25,043 nucleotides of DNA from Promethearchaeota archaeon (GTDB taxonomy: Archaea; Asgardarchaeota; Lokiarchaeia; Sigyniarchaeales; SOKP01), in assembly GCA_008080735.1 (NCBI GenBank), contig SHMW01000026.1:21145-46187 (forward strand), read 5' to 3'. Position 1 is the first letter of the stretch; every line of letters begins with the position of its first letter. Below, piece by piece: positions 18,274-25,043 of the stretch. Both the position numbers and the translations under genes were made by a program. The notes below the pieces were generated by a model, which saw only the letters and a list, made by a program, of their open reading frames with translations, was not told where the DNA came from and did not search any database.

Positions 18274-19182
18274 TTACATTCTTGTCAGATTTCTTCTAGG
18301 CATATTTTTTATATTGGGATCGTTAATTATCTCTTCTAAAGTCAATAAAAATGCATCTCGATCTTGTTTAATATTATCCGTCTCTATACCGCAATAATTA
18401 GAGACATGGTCATTATAGACTTGAGAATCAACATTATCTCCTAATTTCTCGATAATTTGCTTTTCTTCTCGAAGATTTTCCACGGGGCTAAGGAGTTCAA
18501 ATTCTCCTGATTTCCAATCATTCCATAACGGGGTATTTGGTAAAATATTTAAAGTTCTGAATCGGAAGATGGTTGGGTTGATTTCTGTAAGGACTCGCGC
18601 AGTTCCTTCCACGTGTTCTTTAGAATATTTTTTTCCTCCTAAACCTAAGATGATGTATAAGGACAAATCGATACCAGCTCTCATCACTCTTTTTCCAGCT
18701 TCGATGATGGATTCTGCGTTTGTACCCTTCTTCATTATCCTAAGAATCTTACTTGAGCCACTTTCTAAACCCATATAAACGATGTCGAGGCCTGCATCGG
18801 CTAATTGCTTCAATTCTTCATCAGACTTTCGAAGAATATCCAAAGCTTTGGCATAACAACTCAATCGAGGAATATTGTGAAGTTTTTCTTTTACATATTT
18901 AATAATTTCAACAAGATATTCTGTTGGGGTAGACGTTGGGTTCCCACCCGCCAAAAATACGGGGTGGCCATGATAATTCCTTTCCGCAAAATAATCAATG
19001 TCTTTTTTAACATCCTTGATATCCCTGACTGCGTATTCTTGAATTACTCCATAAACTCCATTATAGGTGCCACAAAAACGGCATTTATTCCAAGAACAGC
19101 CTCCTGTTACCGGGATGAGAACGGAACATGCCTCCACGGGAGGGCGGATCACTATTTTATCGGGGGGGAGTTTTTTAGCCAT
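18274..19182 (-). CDS. Radical SAM protein of unknown substrate
   Basis: CxxxCxxC (GCSWNKCRFC), RPP.EA.S, FLAGG, YMGLESG, IILGLGG, NDHVSNY. The ATG at 19182 is preferred over the TTG at 19188 because a GAGGT RBS-like motif lies ~5 nt upstream of it. Confidence 0.9.
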   Translation of the reverse strand: MAKKLPPDKIVIRPPVEACSVLIPVTGGCSWNKCRFCGTYNGVYGVIQEYAVRDIKDVKKDIDYFAERNYHGHPVFLAGGNPTSTPTEYLVEIIKYVKEKLHNIPRLSCYAKALDILRKSDEELKQLADAGLDIVYMGLESGSSKILRIMKKGTNAESIIEAGKRVMRAGIDLSLYIILGLGGKKYSKEHVEGTARVLTEINPTIFRFRTLNILPNTPLWNDWKSGEFELLSPVENLREEKQIIEKLGDNVDSQVYNDHVSNYCGIETDNIKQDRDAFLLTLEEIINDPNIKNMPRRNLTRM

Positions 19183-19381
19183 CGTCAACCTCTCGGAGAT
19201 GTCTATTTGAATTCATTATACTATAATGCTACTATTTAAGAAAAATGAATAAGGCTTTTAGGTTTTGTCCTTATATTCCACAAGAATTTCAATTATTTTT
19301 TTTAGGAATAAACTATTTTCTTAAGCATATAATTTTCAGAAACTAATTCAGCAAATAAGAACGGATATAAAAACCCTAATA

Positions 19382-19978
19382 ATGAGGGCTTCTAGGCCAG
19401 TCGCTTATTGTTTTAAAATAGTCATTGTCGGTGGAGGAGGTGCGGGAAAAACGTGTTTGTTCAATAGATACTGTTTTAATTCTTTCAATATGAACACAGA
19501 GCTCACGATTGGCATTAATTTTCATTCTACCTACTTAGACGCTAAGATTAGGGAAAGAGACTCTCCCGACCTTAAACAAAGATGTATTGTAAATTCTATA
19601 TTTGATTTTGGAGGACAAGAAAGGTTCAAGCCTCTTATACCCAGATTTGTTAAAGGCGCGGATGGAGCACTCCTCGTATTTGATTCCGTGAGCTATTCTT
19701 CTTTTCAGCAACTTGAATACTGGTATGAGTTGCTGAATAAAAAACTGAAAAAGCAGATTCCAATGATATTAGTAGGTAGTAAAAGCGATTTATTGGATGA
19801 GGCTTCTCCAATGGAAATTGTAAGGAAAGATGTTATTGATGAGTTTATGGAACAAAGGAATTTAGATGGATTTTATCGTACTTCTGCATTAGAAAATTAC
19901 AATGTGCTAGAAGTGTTCAAGGCTCTCAATGTTCAAATGTTAGAACATAAGCAAGTAAATAATGTGAAATTGGTGTAA
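19382..19978 (+). CDS. Rab/Ras-superfamily small GTPase
   Basis: FKIVIVGGGGAGKT (G1), TIGINF (G2), FDFGGQERF (G3), SKSD (G4), TSA (G5). There is no C-terminal cysteine. Confidence 0.93.
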   Translation: MRASRPVAYCFKIVIVGGGGAGKTCLFNRYCFNSFNMNTELTIGINFHSTYLDAKIRERDSPDLKQRCIVNSIFDFGGQERFKPLIPRFVKGADGALLVFDSVSYSSFQQLEYWYELLNKKLKKQIPMILVGSKSDLLDEASPMEIVRKDVIDEFMEQRNLDGFYRTSALENYNVLEVFKALNVQMLEHKQVNNVKLV

Positions 19979-20134
19979 TTTTGAACCAATCTAATTCGTT
20001 AGAGTCGATTAAATATTTCTTACAGTGTTCTTTCCACTTAATTTTAAAAAACTTATGAATGATTCTGAATGAGAAAGGTGTTTATTTAATTGTAAATTTA
20101 TAAAAAAGTATGAATGATCTGAATCAGATGGGCT

Positions 20135-21214
20135 CTAAATCTCTCTATCATATACATAATCGGCGAATTGAGTGAAAAACTTTTTCTGTTCCTTGTTCAA
20201 GTCAGGATAAATATCTTGGAGATAATTTTTGGCTTGTGAAATTAAATTTTTTGAGAGGTGCTCAGCTATCTTTATTGCTTTTGTTTGATTAAAGATTTCC
20301 TTGGTTTCTTCAACATCCTTTTCCAAAATTTTATGTTTTCCAAATATATCCTTTAGTTTGCGTGATTGCTCCTCGTTAGTATTCTGTATGGCGAGAATAT
20401 AGATTATTTTTTTCTTTTTTCCTTTGATATCCTTCTCAATATCCAAGATATCATCTCGAATGGCATACGCTTGACCAATACGTAGCATTGCATCAGATAG
20501 AGGTTTAATCTGGTAATGAACATTCCCTTTTGCCATAATGGCTCCAATTTTAACGGATTTTTCAAATACACGAGCTCTCATCATTTCTTCTACGCTCAGA
20601 TACTGTTCTAAGGACATTACCAAATTATGATTTGTCATATATTCTTCGATAATTTGTCCTTTCAATAAATAATTGATCGCCTCGGAGTATTCTTGTACCG
20701 CCATTAATTTCAATTTTTCGGGAAATCCCGACTCTTTGATTATATCAAGTCCCAGCAAATAGGAATACGTACCACCCAATACGCTCATATCTTTTCCATA
20801 TTGAGCGTATGTTTGAGAATGCTCTCCATTCCCGTCCTCATAAAATTGAGTGAGATCTTTTTTAAATTGTCGATGGAAGGTTAATTCACCCCGTCGGTAT
20901 TTATCATCGTCTATTAAATCGTCTTGAATTAGATGGGCATTATGTAATAGTTCCACTGCGAGTGAAACCTTACGGATATCATTTATTTGTTCCTCCAAAT
21001 ACATTGGATTGATGATACCATTAAATGCAGCAATCAATAATAAGGGATGGAGTCTCTTTGCATTCTCATTTAAAACAAATCGTTTATATTCGTCAATAAA
21101 GTCGATAAATATTTCCGATGACTCTCTCTTCTGAAGTGATCGAAAGTATCTCTGTAATTCTTTATCGACTGCCTTTTTTTCTGAAGTTAAGTAATGTAAG
21201 CTCAATCGTATCAC
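20135..21214 (-). CDS. Atypical trans-isoprenyl diphosphate synthase (polyprenyl synthetase fold)
   Basis: KRLHP, ELLH, FARM DDLID + RRG, GQ, SARM DDILD and a C-terminal R. Several conserved catalytic residues are substituted (see findings). Confidence 0.85.
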   Translation of the reverse strand: MIRLSLHYLTSEKKAVDKELQRYFRSLQKRESSEIFIDFIDEYKRFVLNENAKRLHPLLLIAAFNGIINPMYLEEQINDIRKVSLAVELLHNAHLIQDDLIDDDKYRRGELTFHRQFKKDLTQFYEDGNGEHSQTYAQYGKDMSVLGGTYSYLLGLDIIKESGFPEKLKLMAVQEYSEAINYLLKGQIIEEYMTNHNLVMSLEQYLSVEEMMRARVFEKSVKIGAIMAKGNVHYQIKPLSDAMLRIGQAYAIRDDILDIEKDIKGKKKKIIYILAIQNTNEEQSRKLKDIFGKHKILEKDVEETKEIFNQTKAIKIAEHLSKNLISQAKNYLQDIYPDLNKEQKKFFTQFADYVYDREI

Positions 21215-21354
21215 GGATTAGATTCTTAGTTATCTTAAGCATCTCCAAATTTAAATAGTTTTCATGCCTATTTTTTCCTCAAAATGAAAAATTTTTAGAT
21301 GGAACTTTAAAATATTATTCTATATTAGTACATATCATAAAAGGTTGAATTAAA

Positions 21355-21861
21355 ATGTTAATAGGTGTGATTGCAGATACGCACGACCATATGGATAACA
21401 TCTCTAAAGCAGTGTCAATTCTAAATGAACGTGGAGTTGATGCGCTCATCCATTGCGGAGATTATGTTTCCCCTTTTACATATAATACTTTCAAGGAGCT
21501 AAATGACAATATTAAGGAAAATTTTATGGGAGTATATGGAAACAATGATGGAGATCGCGTCTTTTTGAAAGAGAATCTCGGGAGGATTTGCGATTTTGTT
21601 GGAATGGAATTAATCAAAGAGTTAGACGGAAAAGAGATGTATGCAACCCATATCGCTTCCAAAAGAACTGTTGAGGCATTGGCTAAATCTGGAGAATTTG
21701 ATATAATTCTCGTAGGTCATACCCATGACCCCGTCAATAAAAAATACGAAAACGGTACATTGGTGGTAAATCCCGGAGAAGCATGTGGGTATTTAAGTAA
21801 AAACCCAACGTTTGCTATTATCGATACTGCCAAAATGGATGCGGAAATCATTAAGATCTAA
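21355..21861 (+). CDS. Calcineurin-like metallophosphoesterase, YfcE/MJ0936/Vps29 family
   Basis: ADTHD, HCGD, GNND, TH, GHTH, NPG. Confidence 0.93.
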   Translation: MLIGVIADTHDHMDNISKAVSILNERGVDALIHCGDYVSPFTYNTFKELNDNIKENFMGVYGNNDGDRVFLKENLGRICDFVGMELIKELDGKEMYATHIASKRTVEALAKSGEFDIILVGHTHDPVNKKYENGTLVVNPGEACGYLSKNPTFAIIDTAKMDAEIIKI

Positions 21862-21926
21862 AATCTTTTTTTCTCTATTTTATATTTTGAAACTTTTTTA
21901 TTCAATTGAAAGGTAGTATTATTTAT

Positions 21927-23141
21927 ATGTCACTTCCATTAGAAAATGTACGAGTAATTGACCTCAGTAGAATGCTTCCTGGGCCTTATTGTTCTATGAT
22001 CTTAGCGGATTTAGGAGCCGAAATTATCCGAGTTGAAAATCCAAAATTTCCGTATGCCAATCCTCCGCCATTTTATCAAAAAGGACGCCACCGAGTTAGT
22101 GCATTCAATGCAATTATTATGAGAAATAAGAAATCGATCACACTGAATCTAAAAAAGAAAAAAGCAAAAGAAATATTCTATCAGTTGGTTAAAGAAACTG
22201 ATGTGGTGTTAGAAACGTTTAGACCAAAAGTTACAAAAAAATTAGGAATAGACTACGAAACCTTATCAGAAGTGAACAAAGGGATTATTTATTGTTCACT
22301 TTCAGGATATGGGCAAACAGGTCCGTATGAACAAAGAGCGGGTCATGACATGAATTATGTAGGATTATGCGGCATCTTAAACCTTAATCGCGAAAGAAAA
22401 AAATATGGAAAAGAAAATCAAGAAAGAAAACCTGTAGTACCCGGACTCCAAGCAGCCGATATCGGAGGAGGATTAATGGCAACCATTGGAATTTTAGGTG
22501 CGCTAATAGAACGTGAAAACAATCCAACTAAAGAAGGGCAATATATAGATATAGGAATGCTAGATACCGTCTTTTCTTTCATGCCCATGGCGGCAGCATA
22601 TCATTTTTCTAAAGATAAAAGTAGTTCGATTGTACCAGAAAACCCGCTCCATGGTTCCGCACCATATTATCAGATATATAAGACGAAAGATGGCCGTTAC
22701 GTGACGGTGGGAGCGATTGAGATGAAGTTCTGGCATACCCTCTGTGAGACTTTAGGACGTAAAGATTTAAAGCTCAAACAAGGAGCATCAGGACAGGAAA
22801 GAGAGAAGGTATTTGATGAATTACAAAAGGAATTTTTAAAGAAAACCCAAGAACAATGGATGGAGATTTTTAAAGATAAGGATGCGTGTGTTGCTCCCAT
22901 AAAAGATTTTAGGGAGGCGTGTGAGGATCCTCAGCTTATTGCTCGAGATATGGTAGTTAAGCAAGAACATCCGAAAATTGGTGAAATTCTAAATGTAAAT
23001 TCTCCAATAAAATATTCACGCACACCGCTAACTATCAAAGAATTGGCTCCTAAGGTAGGTCAGCATACGAAAGAAGTTTTAAAGCAGTTGAATTATTCGA
23101 AAGAAGAAATCAAGAATTTAAAAAAAGATGGGGTTCTTTAA
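21927..23141 (+). CDS. Family III CoA-transferase (CaiB/BaiF, AMACR-like)
   Basis: PLENVRVIDLSRMLPGP....LADLGAEIIRVE, RNKKS, ETFRP, SGYGQTGP, GHDMNY, catalytic AD (AADIGGG). The ATG at 21927 is preferred to the TTG at 21906. Confidence 0.93.
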   Translation: MSLPLENVRVIDLSRMLPGPYCSMILADLGAEIIRVENPKFPYANPPPFYQKGRHRVSAFNAIIMRNKKSITLNLKKKKAKEIFYQLVKETDVVLETFRPKVTKKLGIDYETLSEVNKGIIYCSLSGYGQTGPYEQRAGHDMNYVGLCGILNLNRERKKYGKENQERKPVVPGLQAADIGGGLMATIGILGALIERENNPTKEGQYIDIGMLDTVFSFMPMAAAYHFSKDKSSSIVPENPLHGSAPYYQIYKTKDGRYVTVGAIEMKFWHTLCETLGRKDLKLKQGASGQEREKVFDELQKEFLKKTQEQWMEIFKDKDACVAPIKDFREACEDPQLIARDMVVKQEHPKIGEILNVNSPIKYSRTPLTIKELAPKVGQHTKEVLKQLNYSKEEIKNLKKDGVL

Positions 23142-23246
23142 ACATTCTTGGTCGATTTCTCAAAATTAATAGATAATTTTAATTAAGCTATTTTTTATTT
23201 ATTCTATAACGTTTGCTAAATTCTATAAATAATACCATTCCACATT

Positions 23247-24902
23247 ATGTCTGAAGAATTAGAGAAATCACAGAAAAAAGAAGCGAAAGAACAAAACAAT
23301 GAAAATAAAGCTCAAGAAGCTTTTGAAAGAAAAAAAGTTTCAGAAAAGCAAAAGGAGGAGAGGAAAGAAACTACGCCTTCAGGGACAGAAGAAGAGACTG
23401 AATTTGAGAAACCAGTGGTTATTAATGTAGAAGCCTATAAAACCATAATTCTCTATGCGAGCAGATATGCGAATAAATCCATTCCCGCCGAAGAATGGAA
23501 AGAAATTTACGGCCTTCTTATCGGATATACTGATGATGATTTTGTGTATGTGGAAAATGCCGAAGCACTTACCTTTGGACATTCTACAGATGTACAACTT
23601 GATGAACGACACTATGGATTCATCCAAGAGATCGAGGATAAATTAGAAGGAGAAAATAAAAATCGGTACATTGTAGGATGGTTCCATTCACACCCAGGTT
23701 TAGGACTCTTTTTTTCGTATATCGATCTGATTAACCAACTAGGGTTTCAAGGAGCTAATGCCGATGCGATTGGATTAGTATTTGATCATACCTTATTGGG
23801 AAAGAAAAAGAAAGAAGAAATAGAGGGCACAGACCAAAAAATTACGAAATTCGATACTGGGTTTGAGATTTATCGGTTAACTGATGTGGAGATGGACGTA
23901 AACGCACCTGAATACGATACTAATTACCATAAAGTAGATTACATCGTTAAAGGACTGAATAAATTCTTCTTTGCCAACGTCCTCTCCGAATTATCTGCAT
24001 TAGTAAGTGCAGGAAAACCTCTGCAGACAGCTTATGGAGAGGATTTTAAGTTAGAATCGAATTATTCTGGAGATCTTGGACAAATCCAAAATCAAGAACC
24101 ACAAAAGAGAGAATATCTGACAAGATCAGAGGAGTTTGATATGGATGTATTGGAAGAAATACCTATGGGAGACCAAATTACTTTTAACGGAGATGATTTG
24201 TTTTATGGCACCCAACAAAAACCCTACGAAGATGAGAGAGTAAAGAAACAAGCAATCGCGGAGGAGCTGGTATATGAGGGGAATCAAGCGCTTAAGAAAA
24301 AGGACATCTTTGTTGGAGTAGAAAAATATCGAGAAGCAATCCAAAAATATGAAGAGATCGGGGATATAGGACGTGTATTAGAATTATTAAAACTCCTTTC
24401 TGAAAATTGTATATCCAGTAATCATTTAATTTTGGCCGAGGAATTTGCTGAAAAACTGAAATTGACTGCAGAAAAAGAAGAATCCGAGTTCTATCAAGGA
24501 GAAGGGAATTATTTGTTAGGATACTTGCTGTTAAAACGGGGCGATAATAATGTTTTAGAAGATGCGCTAAATCAAATTAGGGATGCCGCAATTCTTTTCG
24601 AAAAAGCAGGGGATTATGTAGGTGCAGCTCAATGTTTCCATAAAATTGGCACGATCTATCAGACACGGCTTAATCTTTTAGAAAATAGCTGCCTCTTTTA
24701 TCGAGAAGCAATAGAAAATTACAATAAGGCAATAATAAAGAGTCATCCCTTACGGAAATCACTCTGGACAAAACCCGAATTATTAATTCAAAAAATTACT
24801 GATCTAAATGACATTTTAGAAGAATTGCTTCCAAAATTGGAAGATACACAGATTCGACGAAAAATAAGAGAAGATCTTAATAAAATTATCTTTAATTATT
24901 GA
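23247..24902 (+). CDS. MPN+/JAMM metalloprotease (Rpn11/CSN5-like) fused to TPR/alpha-SNAP-like helical repeats
   Basis: E86 (EIYGLLIG) plus VGWFHSHPGLGLFFSYIDLINQ (H147, H149, S157, D160), and GLVFD. C-terminal repeats include KYREAIQKYEEIGD, DAAILFEKAGDYVGAAQCFHKIGTIY and FYREAIENY. Confidence 0.85.
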   Translation: MSEELEKSQKKEAKEQNNENKAQEAFERKKVSEKQKEERKETTPSGTEEETEFEKPVVINVEAYKTIILYASRYANKSIPAEEWKEIYGLLIGYTDDDFVYVENAEALTFGHSTDVQLDERHYGFIQEIEDKLEGENKNRYIVGWFHSHPGLGLFFSYIDLINQLGFQGANADAIGLVFDHTLLGKKKKEEIEGTDQKITKFDTGFEIYRLTDVEMDVNAPEYDTNYHKVDYIVKGLNKFFFANVLSELSALVSAGKPLQTAYGEDFKLESNYSGDLGQIQNQEPQKREYLTRSEEFDMDVLEEIPMGDQITFNGDDLFYGTQQKPYEDERVKKQAIAEELVYEGNQALKKKDIFVGVEKYREAIQKYEEIGDIGRVLELLKLLSENCISSNHLILAEEFAEKLKLTAEKEESEFYQGEGNYLLGYLLLKRGDNNVLEDALNQIRDAAILFEKAGDYVGAAQCFHKIGTIYQTRLNLLENSCLFYREAIENYNKAIIKSHPLRKSLWTKPELLIQKITDLNDILEELLPKLEDTQIRRKIREDLNKIIFNY

Positions 24903-25043
24903 CATCCTCTGTTAATGGATCTAAAATATCGCGGATCAATCCCAAATTGTAGGCAATTGCCCTGAAGGAATATAACTTGGGGTGCTTTTTCTTGCCGATA
25001 TTTGCCGCCCCGTATGAGCCGTTTATCTCAGATTTTAAACCAT
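24892..25043 (-). CDS. 3' end of a gene entering from the right edge; hypothetical, with a weak resemblance to a DDE transposase C-terminus
   Basis: Open frame 25041->24892 reads GLKSEINGSYGAANIGKKKHPKLYSFRAIAYNLGLIRDILDPLTEDVNN*, and overlaps the MPN gene 3' end by 11 nt. Confidence 0.4.
   Translation of the reverse strand, partial: GLKSEINGSYGAANIGKKKHPKLYSFRAIAYNLGLIRDILDPLTEDVNN

Noticed and set aside
4771-21214. A Rab prenylation system (Rab + GGPP synthase + GGTase-beta-like protein)
   Set aside because: The GTPase has no C-terminal cysteine, the toroid protein is predicted to be extracellular and lacks zinc ligands, the synthase is degenerate, and the genes are dispersed.
21355-21861. 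Retromer Vps29 orthologue
   Set aside because: It retains the full phosphoesterase metal ligand set, including GNND, as in ordinary MJ0936/YfcE enzymes, and no Vps26/Vps35-like neighbours are present.
769-24344. Short alternative-frame or antisense ORFs in the track (e.g. 6219-6527, 8328-8621, 18805-19239, 23379-23627)
   Set aside because: They overlap well-supported genes and have no recognisable motifs, so they are treated as shadow ORFs.
10442-24902. MPN + PCI-like genes as a proteasome-lid/CSN operon
   Set aside because: They are 10 kb apart, separated by unrelated metabolic genes, and no ubiquitin, E1, E2 or proteasome gene is in the window.

Overview
AT-rich, gene-dense archaeal DNA, most likely from an Asgard archaeon of the Lokiarchaeia type. 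This is inferred from several eukaryotic-signature proteins (actin family, Rab-like GTPase, longin-like, Rpn11/CSN5-like MPN+ protease, winged-helix/PCI-like array) sitting among archaeal housekeeping genes (ASH-Ski2 helicase, DRG-TGS GTPase, MJ0936-type phosphoesterase) and purine/C1 genes (folD, purH, guaB). I saw no rRNA, tRNA or CRISPR array. The most unusual elements are: (1) an actin-related protein with a ~130-aa double zinc-ribbon insertion in subdomain 3 and substituted ATP-hydrolysis residues; (2) a 913-aa HEAT + tandem winged-helix (UFL1/PCI-like) + coiled-coil protein; (3) an intact JAMM protease fused to TPR/SNAP-like repeats; (4) a trans-prenyltransferase that keeps both DDxxD motifs but has lost the IPP-binding residues; (5) a DRG GTPase with degenerate G motifs; (6) an apparent deletion or misjoin scar at ~15.7 kb. 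All family assignments come from reading motifs by eye; no database search was run.
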